From an uncultured delta proteobacterium (GTDB lineage: Bacteria > Desulfobacterota > Desulfobacteria > Desulfobacterales > QNYZ01): DNA of 64,000 nucleotides. Positions 30,395 through 39,797 of this stretch are shown one piece after another. The notes below the pieces were generated by a model. That model was not told the DNA's origin. It saw only the letters and a program-made list of their open reading frames with translations, and searched no databases. The DNA lies in NCBI GenBank assembly GCA_963845145.1, contig CAWJQU010000005.1:1088001-1152000 (forward strand), read 5' to 3'. Numbering within the stretch: the stretch's first letter is position 1; each line of letters opens with the position of its first letter. Position numbers and translations under genes: made by a program.

Positions 30395-33300
30395 GTGTGC
30401 CACAAATATTGGAATTCTAAAACCTGTGTTTTAATCTGTTTGCTGGTTGTCCTCTTCGACCCGGCAATTGCTGCCGCAGAAGACTGCGAACCCTGGGCCG
30501 CCCGGGTTGTATCCATTCAAGGGCCGGTGGAAGTAAAACCCGCCGGCGGTTCGACATGGTCACAAGTTCGGCCCGAACAGCACTTTTGCACGGGAGACAT
30601 GGTGCGCATCCTGGCAAAAGGTCGTGCGGCCCTGGTTCTTCAGAATGGATCGGTGATACGCCTGGATGAGAAAACAACTATCCGCGTGAAAGCCAAAGAT
30701 GAATCGAAAGCCATACTGATCCGACTCCTCGAAGGCGCGGCCCACTTTTTCAGCCGGGTACCCCGAAGTCTCGACGTGGCGACGCCTTTTGTCAACTGTG
30801 CGGTCGAATCAACCGAGTTTTTTGTTCGCGTGGAAAAAGAGCAAACGTTTTTCAGCGTCTTTCGGGGCAAGGTAAAAACGTTTAACGGTACCGGCGAACT
30901 ACTGCTTACCGACGGGCAAACCGCCGTTGCGAAAAAAGACCAGGCGCCGGCGATGGTCGCTGTTGCGCGTCCCAGGGATGCCGTCCAATGGTCTTTATAC
31001 TATCCGCCCATTGGTACGGGTGGTGGTACGGGTGGCACGGACGGCACGGGGAAAGGCGCCGAGGCCCGGCAGGCGGTATATTCGGCCAGTGAACTGCTCC
31101 ACATCGGTCGCGTGTCGGAGGCCCGCAAAATTCTTGCCCAGGTATTAAAAGATGATCCGACCCATGCCGATGCCCTGGCGCTTGAAGCGATTATCGCCCT
31201 GACGCTAAACCAAAAAGAGAGGGCTCGTACACTGGCCGAAAAAGCCTTGGCGAATAACCCCGCCTCATCAGCGGTGAAAATGGCCAAAGGATATGTGCAG
31301 CAGGCCTTCTTTGATATTGACGGGGCCCGCGCCACCATGGAATCCGCCGTGGCCGAGCACCCCCAAGATGCCCTGGCCTGGGCCAGGCTATCCGAACTGT
31401 GGCTGGCCGGCGGGTATCAAAAAAACGCCCTGACCGCTGCCTAGAAACGCAGCGGCCCTATCTCCGGACATCAGCCGCACCCAAACGGTTTTGGGGTTTG
31501 CCCATATATCCCGGATTAAAATCAAGGAGGCCAGGGCGGCTTTCCAAAAAGCCATTGATTTGGATCAGGCCGACCCGTTGCCGAGGCTTGGACTGGGCCT
31601 GGCCCTCATCCGAAACGGCAATCTGACCGACGGCCGGGAGCAAATCGAAATCGCCGCTGGCCTGGACTCCGGGAACGCATTGGTCCGCAGCTACCTTGGC
31701 AAGGCCTTTTATGAAGAAAAAAACAGTCACATGGCCGGGCGGCAATACGGTGTAGCCAAAGAACTCGACCCCAACGATCCCACACCCTATTTTTATGATG
31801 CCATTCGCAAACAGACCGAAAACCGGCCGGTGGCGGCCTTTTTTGATCTCCAGGAGTCCATTGAAAAAAATGACAACCGGGCCGTCTATCGATCCAAACT
31901 GCTGCTCGACGAAGACCTTGCCGCCCGCAGCGCCTCGTTGGGGCGTATTTACGGCGATCTGGGGTTTGAGCAGTTGGCTCTGGTGGAAGGGTGGAAATCG
32001 GTCAACACCGACGCGGCCAACCATTCGGCCCATCGGCTGCTGGCCGATGTTTATGCCAAGTTGCCCCGACATGAGGAGGCCCGTCTCAGCGAACTGTTTC
32101 AATCCCAGCTCCTCCAGCCGGTTCAAATCAACCCGTTACATCCCCAATTAAACCAAAGCAATCTATCCGTACTGGAAGGAACGGGTGCGTCGAGCACCAC
32201 TTTCAATGAATTCAATCCGCTGTTTAATCGCAATCGGCTGAGCCTTCAAGCCAGTGGAATAACGGGCTCTAATAATACCCGGGGCGATGAAATTACCCAG
32301 TCCGGCGTTTGGGGACGATGGTCTTACAGCCTCGGACAATACCACTACGAGACCGAAGGGTTCCGCGAAAACAACGATCAGGAGCAGGATTTTTACAATG
32401 CCTTTGCCAAGATCGGTTTGACACCCGACACCTCCCTTCAGGCCGAATACCGCCATACGGATAATGAACGTGGTGACTTGGAACTCACCTTTACCGATGA
32501 CTTCGATCCCAATCAGCGGCAAACCGATGAAATCGACACGCTTCGACTGGGTCTTCACCACCGCTTTAGACCGGGTTCCGAGCTGATCGCCGCTTTTACG
32601 TCGCAGAATATCGAAAGCGATACGTCCATCCCCGGTCGGTTCGATGTCGGTCTCGATCAGGATATCGCTTTAGGAGAAATTCGCCACCTGTTTCGCTCCA
32701 AACGGTTTCAGCTCGATACCGGCGGTGGGTACCGCCGCGTCGATGAAAGTATCACGAGTACATTTTCTCCCCCAACTGATGAAAATTTTCACGTTTCCAA
32801 TGCTTATGTTTATGCCCGTTTCGATCCTTTTAAACAGCTGAATGTGACGCTCGGGGCAAGTGCCGTTGAACTCGAAGGGGCGTACGATAGCTTTGGTACC
32901 AAAGACTTCGAACAATTCAATCCGAAATTCGGACTGATCTGGACGCCATTTTCCGGAACCACGCTACGCGGCGCCGCATTTCGGACAATCACCAAGGTCG
33001 TGGGATCCAGAAAGGACATCAATCCCACTCTCGAACCCACCCAGGTAGCCGGTTTCAACCAATTTTTTTCCGGACCCATCGGGGAGGATACATGGCGCTA
33101 TGGGCTGGCCGCGGATCAGCAAATATTCACCCACCTTTTCGCGGGCGTAGAGTGGACCGCCCGGAACTTGAATGTGCCATTGGTTCAGGCTGATCCCTCG
33201 GGCTTTAGCGTACAAATTGAAGACTTTGAAGAGAAGCAGGGCCGCGGTTATCTTTATTGGACGCCGTCTGATCGCTTGGTCTTGAACGGCGAATATCTTT

Positions 33301-33683
33301 ACGAACGCTTTGATCGTGAAGATGAAACCGGGAGGTTAACCGGTCCGCAGCAATTTACGAAATTACGCACCCATCGTATTCCTTTAAGTATCCGTTATTT
33401 TCATCCCCTCGGAATGAGCGCCACCTTTACCGCCACCCATATCAAGCAGGATGGCCGGTTTGTCACTTTCGGCCCCACGGGGCCGGCGGTTGAGCCCGGT
33501 GATGATCGCTTTTGGGTACTGGACACATCGTTTTCCTACCGGCTGCCCAAGCGCTACGGTATCATCACTCTGGAAGCCAAAAATCTCCTGGACAAATCCT
33601 TCAGCTTTCAGGACACCGATCCGGAAAACCCACGGGTACTCCCGGATCGTCAGGTGATATTGAAACTTACCTGTGCGTTCTAA
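30395..33683 (+). CDS. FecR-domain / TPR / TonB-dependent-receptor-like beta-barrel protein, +1 frameshift at 31442
   Basis: Signal peptide, FecR segment (GDMVRI...VATPFVNCAVESTEF), TPRs; removing T31442 gives ALTAARNAAALSPDISRTQTVLGF continuing into ORF 31491-33683, which ends in barrel-like strands and a terminal Phe. Confidence 0.85.
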
Positions 33684-33792
33684 TTTCAAAGTAGGGAGGT
33701 GGTTCCCATGGATTAAGAGAAGCGTGCTAGGCCGGTAAATCCCGATACAGAGACTTAGACAGCTAAATGAACTGACTTAAAACGGAGGCTGA

Positions 33793-34053
33793 ATGGGTAC
33801 GAGTCACTACATCAATATCAGAATTGAGAAAACCACGGGTGAATGGGATGTTTCTTTTACCGACATAAACGGACAACCGGTAACAAACCCACCGCAAATT
33901 CAAAATATTACGGCGGACGAGGCCAGTAAAGCCCTTCTAATCGACAAAAAAATAATACACCTTGATCGTGCGCTTTGGTTTACCCATTTACCCGATGGCG
34001 CTACGTCGTTACAGGGCTGAGTATGGATTGACAGCAGGTGGATCTGAGATTAG
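33793..34053 (+). CDS. Small protein; 75 aa if TGA is a stop, or 86 aa with two selenocysteines (U76, U85)
   Basis: GGAGG Shine-Dalgarno and ATG at 33793; ...CAG GGC TGA GTA TGG ATT GAC AGC AGG TGG ATC TGA GAT TAG; hairpins follow each TGA. Confidence 0.6.
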
Positions 34054-34058
34054 CCTGT

Positions 34059-34075
34059 GAAGGCAGTTGGCCTTC
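34059..34075 (+). promoter_or_regulatory. Candidate bacterial SECIS hairpin for TGA 34045-34047
   Basis: GAAGGC-AGTTG-GCCTTC, a 17-nt hairpin starting exactly 11 nt after the TGA, with GU in the loop (E. coli fdhF geometry). Confidence 0.55.
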
Positions 34076-34174
34076 GATAGTGAAATTACCGTCACCAAGC
34101 AGAACCAGGGGGATGCGCCTTGCTTCTTCGGTATAATAGTAAATAAATCAGCGCAAAACGGCGCGTCCTTAAAT

Positions 34175-34220
34175 GAGACCTTTGAAATCTAACGCCGACA
34201 TCGGGGCTTTCAAAGGTCTC
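34175..34220. repeat. Perfect 13-bp inverted repeat (miniature element remnant or terminator)
   Basis: GAGACCTTTGAAA-20 nt-TTTCAAAGGTCTC. Confidence 0.65.
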
Positions 34221-34264
34221 TTACTTATTTTATGTAAGGGGCGGGTAAATGGCTCGTTTTTTTT

Positions 34265-36121
34265 ATGAGTGAGATCGGACAGATACTTCACGTCAACCTG
34301 ACAACACGAACATCTATTCAAAAATCACTCCCCGTTGAAACCCTCGACCGGTGTGTGGGCGGTCGGGGGCTTAATGTGTGGTACCTGTTCAACCATCTAC
34401 CCGCCGGCACCGATCCCATGTCTGAAGACAATATCCTGTTGCTATCCTGCGGGTTGTTGACCGGCACTGCCGCGCCGACTGCGTCCCGGTTGCACATCAA
34501 CGCCCTGTCGCCGTTGACCGGCATTTTGGGGAGCTCCAATGTGGGCGGATATGTCGGGGCCTGGCTGCGATCCTGCGGCTTTATAAGTATTGTCATTCGC
34601 GCCAAAGCATCTCGTCCCGTCTACCTGTATCTTTCCGATAATATATGCGAAATACGCGACGCCGGGTTTTTATGGGGCCTGGATGCCTTTGAAACGCAGA
34701 CATGCATTCGAGCGACCCTAAACGATGATCGTCTTAAAATCCTGACCATCGGTCCCGGCGGCGAAAACGGGGCCCGCTTCGCCTGTATTATCAGCGGTAA
34801 AGATCATGCGGCCGGCCGAACCGGTCTGGGTGCCGTGATGGGTGCCAAAAATTTAAAGGCGATTGTTATTGCGAAAGGGCGCCAAAAACCGTTTGCCGCC
34901 TCATCCACTGCAGCCGCAAATGCCGTTAAACAATATGCGTTAAAAGTAAAACAATCCGGTGATTATAAAATTTTTTCAAAATACGGTAGCGCCGGATACG
35001 TCAAATGGGCCCACGATATGGGCATTATGGGGACGAAAAACTATCGCGGCACTCATTTTGACCCCATAGACAAGGTGGATGGGAACCTGCTGGGGGAAAA
35101 CATTGTTCGTTCCAGCGGATGCTTTCGCTGTCCGGTGCAATGTAAAGCCGACCTCGAGTTTAAAAAGGGTACACCTGATGCGTGGCAAGCCACGCGCCCC
35201 GAATTTGAACCGATGATTAATTTAGGCGCCAAGTGCGGCTTGAGCGATCTGGAAACCATTGTGCACTTGGATAACCTTTGTTCCCGCCTGGGTCTTGATT
35301 CCACGTCCACCGCTTCGACCATCGCTTTTGCCATGGATCTGTTCGAGCAAGGCATTTTATACCGCCGGGAGATCGGCGGATTGGACCTGTCCTGGGGTAA
35401 CGGCCGGGCCATGGAGACACTGATCCGCCAAATCGCCGCGTGTGAGGGATTTGGGAATGTCCTTGCCCAAGGGGTTCGCCAAGCGGCAACGATAATCGGC
35501 AAAGGCGCCGAACAATATGCGGCCCATGCCAAAGGACTGGAATTGACCGCGTATCATCCCAGTGCCATCCTCGGGACGGCTCTGGGATATGCCATATCGA
35601 GCCGGGGCGGGGATTACAATAACATCTATGCCTGTATCGAATACGGATGGTCACCGGACAAAGCGATGCAAACGTTCGGCTCACCCGATGCGGTGGATAT
35701 CAAAAAATCGGGTGGCAAGGGGCATCTGGTAAAGCGGTCGGTATTGGTCAACATTATCATCGACAGTCTGGGGCTTTGCAAAGTCCCGGCCCTCTCCCTG
35801 CTCGGGGCTTTCGACTTGATAGAAGAGGCCCGGCTTGCAACCGCCGTAACCGGGCGATCGTTTGGTGCCCAGGATCTCTTTACCGCCGGTGAGCGTATTG
35901 CGGCCTTAGAGCGTCTGTTTAACTTGCGGCACGCCCCCGGGAAATGCACGGACGAACTCCCCGCGATGTTTTTTGACAACAAAGACATGCCACTCACAAG
36001 GGAACATTTGGGTCAAATGATCGCTGAATTTTACGTGTCAATGGGGTGGGATGAAACCGGGCGGCCGACGCGGGCCAAAATGCGGTCGTTGGGGATTGAT
36101 GGGGCCGCATTGAACACCTGA
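34265..36121 (+). CDS. Aldehyde:ferredoxin oxidoreductase family (tungsten/molybdopterin)
   Basis: GGRGL, SPLTG, IGPGGEN, AGRTGLGAVMGAKNLKAI, CFRCPVQC, PEFE, DSLGLC, ERLFNLR, GWDETGRP. Confidence 0.93.
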   Translation: MSEIGQILHVNLTTRTSIQKSLPVETLDRCVGGRGLNVWYLFNHLPAGTDPMSEDNILLLSCGLLTGTAAPTASRLHINALSPLTGILGSSNVGGYVGAWLRSCGFISIVIRAKASRPVYLYLSDNICEIRDAGFLWGLDAFETQTCIRATLNDDRLKILTIGPGGENGARFACIISGKDHAAGRTGLGAVMGAKNLKAIVIAKGRQKPFAASSTAAANAVKQYALKVKQSGDYKIFSKYGSAGYVKWAHDMGIMGTKNYRGTHFDPIDKVDGNLLGENIVRSSGCFRCPVQCKADLEFKKGTPDAWQATRPEFEPMINLGAKCGLSDLETIVHLDNLCSRLGLDSTSTASTIAFAMDLFEQGILYRREIGGLDLSWGNGRAMETLIRQIAACEGFGNVLAQGVRQAATIIGKGAEQYAAHAKGLELTAYHPSAILGTALGYAISSRGGDYNNIYACIEYGWSPDKAMQTFGSPDAVDIKKSGGKGHLVKRSVLVNIIIDSLGLCKVPALSLLGAFDLIEEARLATAVTGRSFGAQDLFTAGERIAALERLFNLRHAPGKCTDELPAMFFDNKDMPLTREHLGQMIAEFYVSMGWDETGRPTRAKMRSLGIDGAALNT

Positions 36122-36155
36122 TTTGGGTCCTTTGGTTGTCTATTGACGTGGGTAG

Positions 36156-37772
36156 TTATTGACGATCCGCTATTTTCAATACATCGGCAAGCATTTGTTC
36201 GGCACGGGCAATAAGGGCGTCGGCTTCATGGCGAAGTTCAAGACAAAACGCCTCGTCATGGATGCCATCAAGGTTGATCAGCACGTTTTTATAAGCGCCC
36301 CATATACCACTTTCGAGCATTTTCGCGCCGACCTGAATATCGGATTTTGAGGCAGGATTCCCGAATTGGGCGGCATCGCACATCGCATCCCAGGCCTGGT
36401 CGCCCAATCGCATTGTTTTCAAAGGTACCTGAGCGGCCTGTTTCAACCCTTCCTGCATCTTTTCCCGCCGGCTTTCTTTTTGCTCGGGCGTATTCTTCGG
36501 CATCCGCAGCCCTTCCATGAAGGTTTCAAATGCCGACGTATCCGCATCGATCATGGGGATCAATTGTTGGGTGACGGTATTTAACACCGGAATGATCCGG
36601 CGCATTTGGGCATCGCGGTCTTCAAATCGGCGGACCCCATAAGTAAGATTGGCCACCATCGCACCCAGTCCGGCCCCCATCGCTGCCGCCGTAGCTGAAA
36701 CCGATCCCCCTCCGGGAGCCGCAGTCCGGGCGGCGACCGACTCAATGAAACCTCGCAACGGCAGGCTGGCAAGGGGCTCATCGGGTGGTTCGGCGATCTT
36801 GTATTCGATAATTTTTTCGTTAGGATCGAACACCGCCACGGAATTGAGTCCCAGGCGTTCGATAACGAGGCGCACCTTCTGATCTTCATCAATGATCAAC
36901 AAATTTTCTTTTTCTATGTAGTAGTCGGCCGCCATTAAAATGGAAGCCAACGGCACCACACCCACAATTTCCGACCCAGCCAAACCAACGCTTAACGCCG
37001 CCGCCTCTTTTTTTACCTCTTCGAAGACAACATGTAAGGGTGTGACGGTATAATCATTGATGTTTACCGTCACCTGGGCCAGGTTGTACTCATCCACGAA
37101 CCAACCCATCCCCTTTACCATCTTGAGACGACCGGGTTGTTCCGGCCCGCGCCCGGCTTCACGCAGGTTTAACGCTATTCGATGGGCCTGGTTGGACGTC
37201 CCCAGGAGATTGACGTTATAAGCAATCAAAAACATGCGAGCCCCGGTAGCGGTGGCTCCCCAGGACGGCACGAAATCGGCAGGACCGAAATCGGGTTTCC
37301 ATTGGGGATCCTTCAAACGCTTGGCCAATCCCTCGTATTCTCCCCGGCGGACGTCGGGCAATTTGCGACGATAATCCGCCTTGGCGGCATGCTCGTATAA
37401 AAAGACCGGAACGCCCAGCTCTTCTCCCAAACGACGACCAAAGGTTTCGGCGATGGCCACACATTCGGCCATCGTCACATTGGCAACGGGAATAAAGGGG
37501 CAGACATCCATGGCCCCCATGCGCGGATGCTCGCCGGTATGATGGCCCATATCGATGGTTTCATGGGCAACCCTGGCCCCGTTTAGCGCCCCTTCCACCA
37601 CGGCCTCCGGATCCCCCACAAAGGTGTAAACGGTTCGGTTGGTGGATTTTCCCGGATCGACATCAAGCAATTGACATCCGGGTGTTCCGGCGATGGCATC
37701 CGCAATTTGCCGGATTACTTCCTTGTTTCTGCCGTCTGAAAAATTGGGAACGCATTCAACAATTTTTTTCAT
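36156..37772 (-). CDS. ftcD: Bifunctional glutamate formimidoyltransferase / formiminotetrahydrofolate cyclodeaminase
   Basis: VECVPNFSDGR, NRTVYTFVG, HPRMGAMDVCPF, GARMFLIAYNVN, APGGGSVSA. Confidence 0.95.
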   Translation of the reverse strand: MKKIVECVPNFSDGRNKEVIRQIADAIAGTPGCQLLDVDPGKSTNRTVYTFVGDPEAVVEGALNGARVAHETIDMGHHTGEHPRMGAMDVCPFIPVANVTMAECVAIAETFGRRLGEELGVPVFLYEHAAKADYRRKLPDVRRGEYEGLAKRLKDPQWKPDFGPADFVPSWGATATGARMFLIAYNVNLLGTSNQAHRIALNLREAGRGPEQPGRLKMVKGMGWFVDEYNLAQVTVNINDYTVTPLHVVFEEVKKEAAALSVGLAGSEIVGVVPLASILMAADYYIEKENLLIIDEDQKVRLVIERLGLNSVAVFDPNEKIIEYKIAEPPDEPLASLPLRGFIESVAARTAAPGGGSVSATAAAMGAGLGAMVANLTYGVRRFEDRDAQMRRIIPVLNTVTQQLIPMIDADTSAFETFMEGLRMPKNTPEQKESRREKMQEGLKQAAQVPLKTMRLGDQAWDAMCDAAQFGNPASKSDIQVGAKMLESGIWGAYKNVLINLDGIHDEAFCLELRHEADALIARAEQMLADVLKIADRQ

Positions 37773-37955
37773 GGTAAAAATTCCAGATTTTATAATTCCA
37801 AATTTATAATTTCAGGTTTTCTAATTGACCGAATATTAAAGTACAGTTATGTTGATATATCACAATTTGTTGGCTTCTTGTATAGCCGGGCGTTAAAAAT
37901 AACCACGTCCTGGTCGCCACGATATCATCGCGAAAGTAAAGGATCCGATTATTAT

Positions 37956-38594
37956 ATGGATAAAAAACAGACCGTTTACGAATCAATTAAATTTAAAATC
38001 ATTCATAATGATCTACGACCGAGTGAGGTGCTAAATGAAAAAGAGCTCATGGCGCAATATAAAATCGGTCGAACGCCGTTAAGGGAAATCCTTTTAGAGT
38101 TAAAACACGATAAGCTGGTTACCATGATCCCTCGCGTGGGCACTTTAGTGACCACCATGGACATATCGGATTTGAGGGAGATTATTGAAATTCGAAAGAA
38201 CCTTGAAGCCCTGGTTGCCCAGCTGGCCATCCGGTATATCGATGCCGACCAAATCGAACGGATCAAGAAACTGGTGATAAACGTTCGTGAACTGAAAAAA
38301 AATCGTCCGCCCGATACAGCGGAAAAATTAACCCAATACGACCTCGAATTTCACCACATCCTTTACGATGCCGCCGGCAATCAGCGGCTGAAGGAACTCC
38401 TTTTGGAACAGCAACACCTAATGGCCCGCTTTTGGTTCCAATTGGAGATTCAGGAGGAAGATTTTTTCAGCCAGATGATCAAATTAGATGATGTTATCCG
38501 CAGCCTCGAAGAACGAGATGTCACCAAATTACGGCAAGCGCTCGACGATCACATTCACCTATATATATCCAAGGTCAGGGAAGAAATACTTTAA
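37956..38594 (+). CDS. GntR family transcriptional regulator (FCD-type)
   Basis: LNEKELMAQYKIGRTPLRE winged helix; DLEFHHILYDAAGN; start MDKKQ at 37956. Confidence 0.92.
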   Translation: MDKKQTVYESIKFKIIHNDLRPSEVLNEKELMAQYKIGRTPLREILLELKHDKLVTMIPRVGTLVTTMDISDLREIIEIRKNLEALVAQLAIRYIDADQIERIKKLVINVRELKKNRPPDTAEKLTQYDLEFHHILYDAAGNQRLKELLLEQQHLMARFWFQLEIQEEDFFSQMIKLDDVIRSLEERDVTKLRQALDDHIHLYISKVREEIL

Positions 38595-38653
38595 CCCCCT
38601 GCCGGCCGGCACCACCAACCTCACTACCCGGGCAGGCTCATATTGCAGCGATT

Positions 38654-38888
38654 TTACACGTCTGGATTTGATTTGAATGCCAAGCGCCCGGCGCGAAAAG
38701 CTTCGATGAAATTCGTGCAATACGCATCACGCCCGGCCAATGCCTCGGCAGCATAAATATTGGCCATCATGCGTTTGTCCAGGGGGTTAACGATAGCCCC
38801 GTCCAGTCCTTTGGCGATCGCCATGGCCATGAATCGCGACCTTGATGGCCTTGCGACTTGCGTTGATCAGTTCACCAATGATGATCAT
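38654..38888 (-). pseudogene. Methyltetrahydrofolate:corrinoid methyltransferase (AcsE/MeTr-like) with large internal deletion
   Basis: MIIIGELINASRKAIKVAI joined out of frame to MAMAIAKGLDGAIVNPLDKRMMANIYAAEALAGRDAYCTNFIEAFRAG...*. Confidence 0.88.
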
Positions 38889-38916
38889 TATTTGTTTTCC
38901 CCGTGGTTCTTTTTGG

Positions 38917-39543
38917 CTATTCAGTCAATTTTTTTATCAGCTGTACCGCACCCGGTGCGTCCGTACCGTAGCCTTGCGCGCCGATTTTTTCAGCAAATGC
39001 CTGGGTCACCGGGGCCCCCCCGATGATGGTTTTCGCCGAAAGACCGGCCGCTTTGACAGCTTCGACCGTTTCCGCCATGGCGGGCATGGTGGTGGTCAAA
39101 AGCGCTGACAGGGCGATGACATGGGCGTTTTTCTCACCAGCGGCCTTCACGAATGCATCGCTACTCACATCCACCCCAAGATCTACGACCTCGTAGCCGG
39201 CCCCTTCGACCATCATGGTCACCAGGTTTTTACCAATGTCGTGCAAATCGCCTTTAACCGTGCCAATCACAACGGTGCCTTTGTTTTGGTTTTGACTGTC
39301 GGAAAGGTGGGGTTTTAAGATTTTCAGACCTGCCTTCATCGTCTGGGCAGCTTTCAACATTTCGGGGATGAAGAGATCACCGGCGCTGAATTTATCACCT
39401 ACCTCATCCATCGGTGCAATGAGACCGTCATTTAAAATTTCAGTCACCGGTGTCCCTGCGGACAGCTCGCTTTCGACCAGACCCACAACTTTATCCGATT
39501 TGAACCCGATCACCGCTTCATAAATATCCTTTACCGCCATCAT
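38917..39543 (-). CDS. Methyltransferase cognate corrinoid protein (MttC/MtgC-like)
   Basis: GTVKGDLHDIGKNLV B12 motif, LSALLTTTM, GGAPVT. Confidence 0.95.
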   Translation of the reverse strand: MMAVKDIYEAVIGFKSDKVVGLVESELSAGTPVTEILNDGLIAPMDEVGDKFSAGDLFIPEMLKAAQTMKAGLKILKPHLSDSQNQNKGTVVIGTVKGDLHDIGKNLVTMMVEGAGYEVVDLGVDVSSDAFVKAAGEKNAHVIALSALLTTTMPAMAETVEAVKAAGLSAKTIIGGAPVTQAFAEKIGAQGYGTDAPGAVQLIKKLTE

Positions 39544-39797
39544 CGACCTCCTTAATTTGACCTCGTATACATTAGAAATGACATTCAGGGTGGTAATGAT
39601 CTGATAACTTGAAGATAGATATATTAATAATTATTGACATTGGTATTCTTCTAATATATCAAAATTTTCCGATGTCAAGTGCTTTTTTCCCCGGATAGGT
39701 TTGGGAAATATCATGACCGTCCTATCACCGATTAAAGGTCCACATCCTTTGCCGATCAAAAGCGAATTTTTCAATATTTTCAGGAGAAAACCAAACG

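Noticed and set aside
31442..31444. TAG in the FecR-TPR gene as possible pyrrolysine readthrough
   Set aside because: The downstream coding sequence is in a different frame; removing one base restores a normal TPR, so it is a frameshift.
34018..34047. TGA read as Trp or Gly under an alternative genetic code
   Set aside because: Many conserved genes here (AOR, acyl-CoA dehydrogenase, MttB, kinase) end at TGA at the expected position, so the code is standard.
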